A DNA stretch of 64,000 nt from Mycoplasmoidaceae bacterium (GCA_045641165.1 JAZUGL010000009.1:12845-76844); one strand, 5' to 3'; positions 24,756 to 35,506 are shown, numbered from the stretch's first letter. Numbers and translations are program-made. Notes: a model not told the origin generated them from the letters alone.

Positions 24756-26177
24756 ATGGCAAAGAAATTATTTAGAAATTTAAATGAACTAAAAGATCTT
24801 AGTGCAATACCTGAAAGTAAAAAGAAAAAGGTAATGCAACATAATGTTGCACAGCTTGAAAAAGTACAAGCTGATTATGCAATTATTTGAGATAACTTTA
24901 ATAAGATTAAAACTATCTATCAAAGAAATGTTGATATAGTTGATGAGGCAACATATAAACTAAGAAGAGAAGTAACTAAGCAATATATTGATGCTCAAGC
25001 TGATATTACTATCTGCAGATCTAGATTGTCTAAATATATCAATGCTTTGCTTTATGACCGTAACTGTGCAAGCGGAAAACATAATAAATTAACTACTGAA
25101 GAACTTTATGTTCTTGTTAATGCTTATGAAAATAATGAATTTAAAGATAATTATTTCCCAAGAAAGAGATTGAGAGCAATTAATAAGAATACTGCTAACC
25201 TATATAAAGCTAAATTTCAGTTAGAAGTGGCTAAAAGTGCTCTTGATGGTAAATATAATCCTGGTGGAAAGGACACAATGTTCTGAAAGAAGCTATCTGC
25301 TTCTTTAAAAAAGAAAATTGAGTTGTGTTCTGACCGTAAAAAAGCACTAGATGATACTTTTAGAAATATGCAATATGCTAAATTGATCAAGCAATTTGAT
25401 TTATTAACAAAAAAGATTGATAAAAAAGACTCATCATATAAAAACATTCCATCAGAATATGTAATAGATTTTGAAAACATTACTAAATACTATTACAACA
25501 AGTGAATAGCCAACAAAATCCTAAAAGGATTTGATTTAAAAATCAAACAAGGTGAATTTGTTGTAATCCTTGGTCCTTCTGGTTCTGGAAAGACAACATT
25601 ATTAAACATTATGTCTGGAATGGACAAGGCAACATATGGTTCAACTGTTGTTAATGGAAATAACTTAATTAAAATGTCTGATACAGAATTAACTAATTTT
25701 AGAAGAGATAACATTGGTTATATTTTCCAACAATATGGTTTGTTACCAAATTTAAATGTAAGAGAAAACATTGAAATAGGTTGAAACTTACAAAAAGATA
25801 AAACAAAGCGTTTAGATATAGATGAACTTTTAAAAACCGTTGGTATGCATGAACACGCAGAAAAATTCCCACATGAGTTGTCCGGAGGACAACAACAACG
25901 TGTTTCTGTTGCTAGAAGTATGGCAAAAAACCCTGCTATAGTTTTTGGGGATGAACCAACTGGTGCTGTTGATGAAGAAATGTCTAAACAAATATTACAG
26001 TTGTTTGTTGACATTAATAAAAAGTTTAACACTACAGTTATTATTGTTACTCACAACCCAATATTTGCTGATCTTGCAACTAGAGTTATTAAGGTTAACT
26101 CTGGCTTAATTGCGCAAAACTACGAAAATAAAGAAAGAAAATCTGTTGAAGAACTAGATTGGTCTTCTACTCATTAG
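24756..26177 (+). CDS. ABC transporter ATP-binding protein (MacB/LolD-like) with a ~245-aa N-terminal charged, coiled-coil-like extension
   Basis: Walker A GPSGSGKTT, Q-loop, signature LSGGQQQRVSVAR and Walker B AIVFGDEPTG, all in the C-terminal 225 aa. The frame is continuous from the ATG at 24756 through three TGA codons. Confidence 0.85.
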
Positions 26178-26178
26178 T

Positions 26179-27009
26179 CTATTTAGCTTGACAAGAAGGA
26201 CAAAAATATGTTCCTCTACCGTTAACTGTTATTTTTTTAACTTTTGTTTTACAAACTCTACATGGTTGGTTTGTTCTAGAATAGACATTCAAATATTTTT
26301 GGTATGAACCTGCATGGTTTGGTGCAAAAGCAAATGAAGAAACTGTTGTTCCAGAATGTTTAACTGCTTCTTTCATAACAATAGCACAATACTTAATAAT
26401 GTTTTTGCAATCTTTTGAATCTAAAAGCTTCGCTTTTCTTAATGGATTAATTTTGCATCTAAATAAAATTTCGTCGGCATAAATGTTGCCGATGCCTGCA
26501 ATTATGCTTTGATCTAACAAAGTAGTTTTTATTGCTTGGTTTTTATTTTTAAACTTATTTAATAAATAGTTTGCTGTCAAATTCTTGTCAAATGGTTGCA
26601 AACCCATCTTTTTAATTTCATTAGAATTATCAAATTCTTTTTTAGATTTATAAATGTAGAAAGTTCCAAACTTTCTAAAGTCAATGTAAACTAACTTTTT
26701 AGATGAACAAAACATTTCTAACATTGTGTAAGGTGATGGTTTAATGTTTTTGTTAATAAAAAATAATTTTCCTTCCATTCTTAAATGGATTGTTAGATAT
26801 TTATCATTAGTCAAACTAATAACTATTAGTTTCCCTATTTGATCTATATCTTTAACTTTCTCATTAACTAAAAATTTAGTAAATGTTTTTTGATTAGAAT
26901 TTTTTAATACTTTATCATCAATAAAATTAACACCAGTAAATTTTTGGTTAATAATATTTTGTTTCTTAAGATGATTTATAAAAGTTCTAACTTCAGGAAA
27001 TTCAGGCAT
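26179..27009 (-). CDS. mutM: Formamidopyrimidine-DNA glycosylase
   Basis: N-terminal MPEFPEV (catalytic Pro2/Glu3), H2TH region, and a C-terminal zinc finger CRVC...CPSCQ. Confidence 0.9.
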   Translation of the reverse strand: MPEFPEVRTFINHLKKQNIINQKFTGVNFIDDKVLKNSNQKTFTKFLVNEKVKDIDQIGKLIVISLTNDKYLTIHLRMEGKLFFINKNIKPSPYTMLEMFCSSKKLVYIDFRKFGTFYIYKSKKEFDNSNEIKKMGLQPFDKNLTANYLLNKFKNKNQAIKTTLLDQSIIAGIGNIYADEILFRCKINPLRKAKLLDSKDCKNIIKYCAIVMKEAVKHSGTTVSSFAFAPNHAGSYQKYLNVYSRTNQPCRVCKTKVKKITVNGRGTYFCPSCQAK

Positions 27010-27449
27010 TACTTTTTCTTCTTTGCGTCTTTCAAAAATCTTAAAGCTGTAGAAGATAAATTAACTAAGTTTGCCTTGGGCAACATTAACATTGTTTCAA
27101 TGTTTTTATTTAAACAATGATTAACTTTTGCCATGTCAATTTCATATGTTGCATCTTTAGCATTTCTAATGCTTCTAATAATGATAGAGACATTATGTTT
27201 TTTAGCAAAACTAACAGTTAAACCAGTATTTCCAACTACTTTAACATTTTTTAAATGTAATTTAGCAACGGCTTTTTTAGCTCTGTTAAGCCTTTCTTTA
27301 CAACTAACGGTTTGTTTTTTATAACGATTAATAGAAACTACAACATAGACTAGATCAAATAGTCTACTTGCTCTTTTAATAATATCAATATGTCCCTCAT
27401 GAATTGGGTTAAAAGATCCAGGGAACATTGCCTTTATTTTTTTAGTCAT
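27009..27449 (-). CDS. coaD: Phosphopantetheine adenylyltransferase
   Basis: FPGSFNPIHEGHIDII nucleotidyltransferase motif. 146 aa. Confidence 0.9.
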   Translation of the reverse strand: MTKKIKAMFPGSFNPIHEGHIDIIKRASRLFDLVYVVVSINRYKKQTVSCKERLNRAKKAVAKLHLKNVKVVGNTGLTVSFAKKHNVSIIIRSIRNAKDATYEIDMAKVNHCLNKNIETMLMLPKANLVNLSSTALRFLKDAKKKK

Positions 27450-27519
27450 AAGATACCTAATAATATATTTTAATATATTATTGGAATATGTTAAAATTTA
27501 TATTAATAGGAGAGAAACT

Positions 27520-28113
27520 ATGAAAGATTTTATTGTAGAAACTAGTGCTAGACACGTTCATGTAACGCAAGAAACCTTAGAAGTTCTTTTTGGTGCAGGC
27601 GCTAAACTAAATGCTAAGAAAATGTTATCACAACCAGGTGAATTTGCTAGTGATAGTAAAGTAGATTTAGTTGGACCGGTTAATCCAAAAACAGGAAAAA
27701 ATACTATGTTAAAAGGTGTTTCTATTCTTGGCCCAGTTAGGGATCACAACCAAGTTGAAGTATCTGCTACTGATGCAAGAAGTTTAAAAGTTCCTGTAAT
27801 GATTAGAGAATCAGGACATATTCAAGGTTCAGCACCAATTACTATTATCGGCCCTGCTGGTAAAGTAGATTTAAAAGAGGGTTTAATTGTGGCTAAAAGA
27901 CATATTCATATGACTCCACAAGATGCTCAAGAAATGGGAGTTAACAATGGTGATGTTGTTAATGTGGAAGTTAATACTCAAGATAGAAAATTAATTTTTG
28001 GTGATACTGTTGTTAGAGTTAAACCAACCTATAAATTAGCAATGCATATTGATACAGATGAATCAAATGCTGCAAATTGCTCTGGCCAAGTAATGGGTCA
28101 TATAGTTAAATAA
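27520..28113 (+). CDS. pduL: PduL-type phosphate acyltransferase (phosphate propanoyl/acetyltransferase)
   Basis: The duplicated PduL signature is present (ETSARHVHV... and AKRHIHMTP...). The ATG at 27520 follows a TAGGAGAG SD. The track's upstream TTG start is less likely. Confidence 0.75.
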   Translation: MKDFIVETSARHVHVTQETLEVLFGAGAKLNAKKMLSQPGEFASDSKVDLVGPVNPKTGKNTMLKGVSILGPVRDHNQVEVSATDARSLKVPVMIRESGHIQGSAPITIIGPAGKVDLKEGLIVAKRHIHMTPQDAQEMGVNNGDVVNVEVNTQDRKLIFGDTVVRVKPTYKLAMHIDTDESNAANCSGQVMGHIVK

Positions 28114-28116
28114 AAA

Positions 28117-28131
28117 AGAGGTAAAACCTCT
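28117..28131. terminator. Bidirectional terminator between convergent pduL and the UPF0371 gene
   Basis: agagg-taaaa-cctct flanked by A6 and T5. Confidence 0.6.
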
Positions 28132-28133
28132 TT

Positions 28134-29615
28134 TTATTTTTTAATTTCTTGCGTTGAAATATATGAAGCGGCTTGTTCAGTTATATTTACACCAAGCTTT
28201 TTAAATACTTGTTGTTCTGCTTGCATCAATATACAACTAGAGTGTGCTTCCGCCCCTCTTAATAATGGTAATTGTTTCAAAGCTATAGCAGCTAGCGGAT
28301 TAGTTAAAGATTGAATAGCTAAAGCTATTAAAGCTTCAGAAAGATTTAATCTTCCTTTATAACCAAATGAATCGTGTTTCATTTTTTTAATAGGATCCAA
28401 AACATATGGAGACATTAAATAAATATCATCTTTAATCTTTCCTAAAGTTTTTAAAGCATTAATAATTGCTGCAGCGGAAGCAGTTAAATCATTAGATTTG
28501 CGCCCTGTAACAATTAATCCTTTTCTAATTTCAATTGCAACAGCATGTGTTTTTGCTTTAGCTTGTCTGTCTAAACATGCTTTAACACACGTTCTGTTTT
28601 CTGCTTTAACACCAGCATCATGCATTAAATATTCTGCTTTTGTAACAATAGAATCATCATATTTCCCTAAGAATACATCTTTTAAAGCATGATAGTATCT
28701 TCTAACAATTTCATATCTTGCTGCTTCTTGGCAAACTTTATCATTAACTATAGCAAAACCAACTTTATTAACCCCCATGTCTGTTGGTGAGTGATATGGA
28801 CTACGTCCATATAATTTTTCAAAAATTGCTTTTAGCAACGGAAAACTTGCAATATCTCTGTTGTAATTTGTTGCGGTTGTTTTATAGTGCTTTAAATGAT
28901 ATGGATCAATCATATTTCCATCATTTAATTCTAATGTAGCTGCTTCATAAGCAATATTTACTGGATGTTTAAGTGGCAAATTCCAAACAGGGAATGTTTC
29001 GTATTTAGCATAACCAGCTTTTTTACCTTTTAAATGCTCATGATATAGTTGACTTAAACAAGTAGCCATTTTTCCCGAACCCGGTCCTGGTGCAGTAACA
29101 ATAACTAATTTCTTATGTGTTTCTACATATTGGTTTTTACCTAAACCGTCTTTAGACATAATCTTAGGTAAATCCGAAGGATAACCTTCAATTTTATAAT
29201 GCTTGTAAACTTTAACATTTAAGTGTTTTAACAAACGAACAAACTCTTTTGTTTGTTGTGATTCTTCATACATTGAAACAACAACACCACAAATATGAAT
29301 ACCTATTGTTGTATAAACACCAATTAATCTTTCAACTTCGGCTTGATAAGATAAATTAGAATCTCCTCTAGCCTTGTTATTAACAAGGTCTTGAGCGTTT
29401 ACAACAATAATAACTTCTGCGTCTTTTTTAAATTCAAGTAATAGTTTAAGTTTGGAGTCAGCATCAAATCCAGGCAAAACTCTTGCAGCATGAAAATCAT
29501 CAATTAGTTTGCCACCAAATTCTAGATAAAGTTTGGAATTAAATTTTTTGATTCTATCTAGAATCGCCTTTTTTTGGATTTTTAAATATTTCTTAGTGTC
29601 TACTCCAACCTTCAT
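28134..29615 (-). CDS. UPF0371/DUF1846 family protein (function unknown)
   Basis: 493 aa uninterrupted ORF. The N-terminus (YLKIQKKAILDRI...LYLEFGGKLIDDFHAARVLPGFD) matches my recollection of the Firmicutes UPF0371 family. Confidence 0.6.
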   Translation of the reverse strand: MKVGVDTKKYLKIQKKAILDRIKKFNSKLYLEFGGKLIDDFHAARVLPGFDADSKLKLLLEFKKDAEVIIVVNAQDLVNNKARGDSNLSYQAEVERLIGVYTTIGIHICGVVVSMYEESQQTKEFVRLLKHLNVKVYKHYKIEGYPSDLPKIMSKDGLGKNQYVETHKKLVIVTAPGPGSGKMATCLSQLYHEHLKGKKAGYAKYETFPVWNLPLKHPVNIAYEAATLELNDGNMIDPYHLKHYKTTATNYNRDIASFPLLKAIFEKLYGRSPYHSPTDMGVNKVGFAIVNDKVCQEAARYEIVRRYYHALKDVFLGKYDDSIVTKAEYLMHDAGVKAENRTCVKACLDRQAKAKTHAVAIEIRKGLIVTGRKSNDLTASAAAIINALKTLGKIKDDIYLMSPYVLDPIKKMKHDSFGYKGRLNLSEALIALAIQSLTNPLAAIALKQLPLLRGAEAHSSCILMQAEQQVFKKLGVNITEQAASYISTQEIKK

Positions 29616-29659
29616 AAATAAATAACATTATAAATAAAAACGATAAATATTAATAATAT

Positions 29660-30376
29660 TTATTTAACTAAACCAATTTCTCTTAAAACTTTGTCAACTA
29701 CTTCCATTGTTTGTTCTACTTCTTTATCAGTAACATCAATGATTGTGTATGGTATTCTGTATGCTGAACAAATATTAGTTAAATATTGAATGTAACCAGT
29801 ATTTAGTAATCTAAAATATGTTTCGTTTTTCTTGAAGTTTTTAATTTCAACAGCTCTGTTTCTTTTATAAAGTCTTTCTAGGAATTTTTCTCAAGTGATA
29901 GATAAAATGAAATACATTTTAGGTGTTCCAACATTATAAATAAGTTCGTTAACTTGATCTCTTCAAAGCTTTTCATAATATTCATAAACTGTTGGTTGAC
30001 TTAATAAGTTATGGAAAGCAAAAAGTCTATCTTCAAAAATAGTTCTATCGTAAACTTTTGTTACTTCGGGGTTTCTAGTTAATCCTTCTTTATATTTTTT
30101 ATGTCTATCAAGTAGGAATTGCAATTGACAAACACTTTCAGCAATCACTTCTCTTTGATACATTTTGTCTAACAAAATGTTCATCAAATCTTCTGGATCG
30201 TTAGAAAGTTCATAAACTGGTTCAAACTTGTATCTTTTAACTATCGCTTCAACAATAGTAGACTTGCCGGCAGAAATCATACCACCAACAGCAATACAGT
30301 TGGCTTCTTTTTGTTTTTTGTAATCTTTAAGTAAGCAACGCTCTTCAAAACGTTTTTGATAGTCTTCGTTTGCCAT
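29660..30376 (-). CDS. Deoxynucleoside kinase (dAK/dGK family)
   Basis: P-loop GGMISAGKST, ERS-like DRTIFEDRLF and LID-region arginines. Two TGA read-throughs. 717 nt in frame. Confidence 0.8.
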
Positions 30377-30377
30377 A

Positions 30378-31019
30378 TTACTTATATTCTAAATTATTAT
30401 TTAATAATTTAGACAATAAAAATTTTGCTTCTTTTATATCAGAAGGAATTGTAATCTTGAAATTAAATTGTTTGTTAGAAGAAGTTATTAAATTCTGCTT
30501 AGTGTATTTCAAATTTAGATAGCTAAATAAATCTCTGCCTTTGGGATTTTTTTTGGCTTTTAAGTATTGTTTATATGAGCAATATTGAGGTGTTTGAATA
30601 TGATAATTTTTTCATCTCAAATCTAAACCAAAATTAATTCTTTTGTGTTTATAACACAATGTAGCACATTCTTGTTTGCATTTAGTTAGCTTAATAATGT
30701 CTCTCATTTTAGTAAACATTCTTGCTCCATCATGGACAAAAATACGATCATTTTTATTTAGTTTACCTAGCGCTTTCATTCCTTTTTCGAAAGATTGGTT
30801 TCTAGTCTTTCCACCAGAGACAATTTTTACACCTTGAATTTTAGTTTTATGGTTGGGTGGTAAAACTAAAACTATCTTCTTAAATTTCTTACTTACAATG
30901 AATTTTTTTAAAGAAAACCAATAAATTGGTTTAGTTCCAAATTTATAGAAAGCTTTTGGTTTATTTTTATTTAGTCTTATGCCTTTTCCGGCAGCTAAAA
31001 CGATTGCATATAAACTCAT
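30378..31019 (-). CDS. ispD: IspD/TarI-family cytidylyltransferase (2-C-methyl-D-erythritol 4-phosphate cytidylyltransferase-like)
   Basis: N-terminus YAIVLAAGKGIRL...KPKAF, the GT-A nucleotidyltransferase signature of IspD/TarI. One TGA read-through at 30612. 213 aa. Confidence 0.65.
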
Positions 31020-31178
31020 GTTTTTATTATAAACAAAAACATAGCGTTAAATATCTCTATAAAATATTCATTTTTGTATTAGAATAATAAAGCATAATTA
31101 CTTTTATGCATTTAGCGTGTGGGAGAGATTCATTTTAGATTCATACCACGTAGAGAATACTTATAGGAGGTGTTGCTT

Positions 31179-31640
31179 GTGGCTAAAGAAAAGAAAATAA
31201 CGAGAATTGCTATCGTTCATTTAATAGGTGGACAAGCCAAGCCAGGAACTACATTGGCTAGTTATGGTATTAATATGGCTGAATTTACTAGACAATTCAA
31301 CGATAAAACCAAAGATAGGATGGGTGAAGTTGTTCCTGTAGAGATCACTGCATTTAGTGATAAATCATTTACATTTAGAATTAAAACTTCTCCAGTTTCT
31401 GTTTTATTAAAGAAAGCAGCTAAAATTGATAAAGCTGGTAAAAACCAATTAACTGATAAAGTAGCAAAAATTTCTAAAGAAAAAGCTTTAGAAATAGCAA
31501 AATATAAAATGCCTGACTTGGCTGTTTATGATGAAGAGGCAGCTTTAAGATGTGTAGCTGGTACTGCTAAACAAATGGGTATTGAAATAGAAGGTATAGA
31601 TTTATCACCTAATAAAACTGCTAAGCAAGGGGCAAAATAA
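31179..31640 (+). CDS. rplK: 50S ribosomal protein L11
   Basis: L11 pattern (GGQAKPG..LAS.GINM.EF...FN) and the C-terminal rRNA-binding domain. GTG at 31179 lies 8 nt after the AGGAGG at 31165..31170. Confidence 0.9.
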   Translation: MAKEKKITRIAIVHLIGGQAKPGTTLASYGINMAEFTRQFNDKTKDRMGEVVPVEITAFSDKSFTFRIKTSPVSVLLKKAAKIDKAGKNQLTDKVAKISKEKALEIAKYKMPDLAVYDEEAALRCVAGTAKQMGIEIEGIDLSPNKTAKQGAK

Positions 31641-32314
31641 TGATTAGAGGAAAAAAATACGCTGCTTCTGCTAAATTAGTAGATAGATCTAAATTTTATA
31701 GTGTTAATGATGCTGTAGAATTAGCAAAGAAAACTAGTACCACTAAATTTGATGCAGGAATTGATATTGCTATCAAATTAAATCTTGATACAACAAAAGC
31801 TGATCAACAATTAAGAGGAACAATTGCTTTGCCTCATTACTTTGGTAAACAAATTAGAATAGTAGCTATTTGTGATACTATTTCTGATGCAGATGCTAAG
31901 AAATTGGGAATTAAGGTTGGAACAACTGACTTAATTAATGAAATTAAGGGTGGTTGATTAGATTTTGATCTAATCATTACTACACCAAAATTCATGCCAC
32001 CATTATCTAGATTAGGTAAGGTTTTGGGACCAAAAGGCTTAATGCCTAACCCTAAATTGGGAACAGTTACTGCTAACCCATTAGCTGCTGTAAAAGAATT
32101 TAAACAAGGTAAATACAATTACCGTACTGACACATATGGAAACATTCATATGAAAATAGGTAAGGTTTCAGCTCCAACTAAAGATGTTGTAGAAAATATT
32201 AATGCTTTATTAGATTTCATTAAGTCTAAACGCCCGGCCACTGTTAAGGGAGATTACATTCAAAACATTTCTATCTCCTCAACAATGGGACCAAGTATTA
32301 AGATAATTAAATAG
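31640..32314 (+). CDS. rplA: 50S ribosomal protein L1
   Basis: Two same-frame fragments joined by TGA at 31955. Conserved L1 motifs (LGPKGLMPNPKLGTVT). Confidence 0.9.
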
Positions 32315-32337
32315 CGAGCAAATCGCTATTTTTTTTA
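32311..32337 (+). terminator. Rho-independent terminator after rplA
   Basis: atagcga-gcaaa-tcgctat followed by T8. Confidence 0.8.
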
Positions 32338-32411
32338 TGTTTTAGAAGACAAATGTTTAAAATAAATTACATTTATTTTAAATCTTTTATATTTCTATAT
32401 AATATTTTTTA

Positions 32412-32975
32412 ATGAAGCTTATAGTTGGTTTGGGAAATATTGGTGAAGCATATAAAAACACGAGACATAACGTGGGTTTTTTAGCTCTCGATGCAGTCTT
32501 AAAAGATTTAAATTTACAAATTGAAAACCACGATTATGATGGTGATTTAGTTGTAGCAAACATTAATGATCAAAAAGTTATGTTTATTAAACCAACCACT
32601 TTAATGAATCTTTCTGGCAAGTGTGTTGCAGCAGCAGCTAGATTCTACAAAATTAAACCAGAAGACATTATTGTAATTCATGATGATTTAGATTTACCTG
32701 TTGGCGAATTTAAAATCAGAACCTCTGGTTCTGCTGGTGGACATAATGGTTTAAAATCTATCATAAGTTGTTTGGGAAATGACAACTTTGTTAGATTTAA
32801 AATTGGTATTAGTCATCCAACAGACAAAGATGTTATTGGGCATGTGTTAGGCAAGATATCTTCACAAGAAATGAAATTATTAAAAAAACCAATTGATAAA
32901 TGTATTGAATTTATTAAATTGTCTTTATGTTGTCCTATTAATCAAGCAATTAGCAAAGTAAACCAAGAGAGGTAA
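32412..32975 (+). CDS. pth: Peptidyl-tRNA hydrolase
   Basis: LIVGLGNIG..Y..TRHNVGF and GSAGGHNGLKSI motifs. Confidence 0.9.
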   Translation: MKLIVGLGNIGEAYKNTRHNVGFLALDAVLKDLNLQIENHDYDGDLVVANINDQKVMFIKPTTLMNLSGKCVAAAARFYKIKPEDIIVIHDDLDLPVGEFKIRTSGSAGGHNGLKSIISCLGNDNFVRFKIGISHPTDKDVIGHVLGKISSQEMKLLKKPIDKCIEFIKLSLCCPINQAISKVNQER

Positions 32976-32980
32976 CTTTT

Positions 32981-34924
32981 ATGTTTGTTATCAAGAGAGA
33001 TGGAAGAAAAGTTAAGTTCAGTGAAAAGAAAATTCATGATGCATTAATTGCTGCTGCTATTGGTAATAATGTTGCTTTATCTCAAGAAGAAATTGAAAAA
33101 ATAACAGCTAAAGTTCTTAAGTGTATTGACGAAAAACACGAAGAAGAAGTACATGTTGAAGAAATTCAAGACTATGTTGTTGCTTCTTTAAGTGAACTTG
33201 GCTATATCAAACTTTCTAAGCAATACTCTGCATATAGAAAAGAAAGAAGTAAGGCAAGAGAGCGTGGTAGTAAATTAATGGAAACAGTTTACAAGATTGG
33301 TGTTGAAACAGATAGAGACAACGCCAATGTTGGAAACAACTTCTCAGCTAAGTTATTAAGAATTGCTTCTGAAGCAAATAAATGACATATGCTTCTAAAG
33401 CATCTACCATCTGAAATTGCTGAAAAACATGAATCTGGTGATTATTATATTCACGACCTTGATAGTTATAATTTAGCAACAAATTGTTTGCATTTACCTA
33501 CAAGAAAACTTTTAACAGAAGGGTTCAACCCAGGATATGGAACAATAAACCCACCAACAACAATTGAAACAGCTGCTTCAATTTTGTGTGTTGCTTTGCA
33601 AGCAAGCCAAAATGATATGTTTGGTGGACAATCTCATCCTAATTTTGACAACGACATTGCTATTACTATTCCTAGCACAAGAAAAAAAATTATTGCTGAT
33701 ATTAAAATGTCTGGTGGTAATTGAAAAGACAAAAAAATTGTAGATAAAATTTTAAAAAGAAGAGTACACCAAGCTATGCAAGAAGTTGTTTACAACTTAA
33801 ATACTCTTCACTCAAGAGCCGGAAGCCAAGTTCCTTTTAGTTCTATTAATATCGGTGTTCCTGAAAATAAAGATGCTGCATTGGTGTGTGAATGTTTCTT
33901 AGAAGAATATGAAAAGGGTTTAGGAAAGGGAGAACAACCAATTTTCCCAAATATTATCTTTAGAGTTAAGGCCGGAGTTAATAGAGACCCTAAAGATAAA
34001 TATTTCTATTTATTCAAGCTAGCGTGTAGGGTGGCTTCAAAACGAATGAATCCAACATTTATGAATTTAGATGCTACCTTTAATAAAAAGTACTATGACA
34101 TGGGTGTTTTGCCAGCCACTATGGGTTGTAGAACATATTTGTTGCCCGACATTAATGGTGTGCCAAGAGTTGAGGGAAGAGGAAACAATGCTCCTGTAAC
34201 AATGAATTTACCTAGATTAGCTATGCTAGCTAATAAAAACCTTGAAACATTCTTTAACTCTCTTGACAAATTGTGCGAAGATTGTAAAGATCAATTATTA
34301 CACAGATATTCAACATTAAAGAAGTTAAAAGTAAAGGATATGCCTTTTGTTTGCGGTGAAGGTTTAATTTATGGAACAGCAGGTTTAAAAAGAACTGATT
34401 CTATAGAACCAATATTAAAACATGGAACTTGGGGTATAGGATTCATTGGTTTAGCTGAAACACTTAAGTTGTTAGTTGGCAAACACCATGGAGAATCTCA
34501 AGAAGCAAGAGAATTGGGTTACACTATTGTAAAAAGAATTAGAGACAATTGCGATAAGTTTAAAAATAAATATAAACTTAACTTTAGTTGCTATGCAACT
34601 CCTGCTGAAGGTTTGAGTGGAAAATTCTTCCCATTAGATGAAGCCCAATTTGGAAAGATTGATTGAGTTACAACTAAAGGATATTACACAAATAGTTTTC
34701 ATGTTCCTGTAGATTATCCAATCTCTATTGCTAAAAAACTGGCAATTGAAGCACCATATCATGAACTATGTAATGCCGGACACATCTCATATGTTGAATT
34801 TGATAATTATCCAACACCAGAAGATGTGATGAATGTTATTACATATGCTTACACTAAAACAAATATCAACTATGTGGGAATTAACTTCCATATTAGATAT
34901 TGTTTAGATTGTAGAAACAATTAA
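32981..34924 (+). CDS. nrdD: Anaerobic ribonucleoside-triphosphate reductase (class III) large body. It lacks the C-terminal glycyl-radical segment.
   Basis: N-terminal ATP-cone (VIKRDGRKVKFSEKKI) and the class III core, across fragments 32981, 33389, 33776 and onward in one frame via TGA. It ends ...GINFHIRYCLDCRNN-TAA, directly after the first CxxC of the C-terminal zinc site. No G-Y-L radical motif is present. Confidence 0.85.
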
Positions 34925-34926
34925 CT

Positions 34927-35436
34927 ATGCAAATTAGATTAGCAGGAATATTACCAAACTCTAATGCCAATGGGCCAGGTTTGAGAAAAACTTTTTTCTC
35001 ACAAGGTTGTAGTCATGCTTGCCCTGATTGTTTCAATAAACACACTTGATCATTTTCGGGTGGTGCTTTAAAAGATTGTGATGAATTAATAAAAGAAACG
35101 CTAGAAGAATCATATCTAGCTGGCGTTACTTTTAGTGGTGGTGATCCTTTCGACCAACCAGAACCTTTTGCTTATTTAGCTAGAGCTTTTAAAAAAGCAA
35201 ATATTAATATTTGATCTTATACAGGTTATACATGAGAACAATTAATTAAATTGTCTAAAACAAACATTCATGTCAAGAGTTTGTTAAATAATATTGATGT
35301 CTTAGTTGATGGTCCTTTTATTAAGAAAAAATTCTCTGATCAAATTGAATTTAGAGGTTCAACAAACCAAAGAATAATTGATGTGACTAAATCTTTAAAA
35401 GAAAATAAAGTTTGTGTTATTAAAAAATATAAATAA
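34927..35436 (+). CDS. nrdG: Anaerobic ribonucleotide reductase activating protein (radical SAM)
   Basis: Radical-SAM cluster CSHACPDCFN, a GGDP motif and 169 aa length. Three TGA read-throughs in one frame from the ATG at 34927. Confidence 0.85.
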
Positions 35437-35506
35437 ATTGGTTTATGTTTGAATTACGAGAGTATAATTCAAACAAAGAAACTTTAAATAAAGAAAAGAA
35501 TTTGAA

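Noticed and set aside
32360-32378. The 8-bp AT inverted repeat (aaataaat-tac-atttattt) upstream of pth/nrdD as a possible NrdR box.
   Set aside because: - It does not resemble the NrdR box consensus (acaCwAtATaTwGtgt).
- It is pure A/T low-complexity sequence.
- No nrdR gene is seen in the window.
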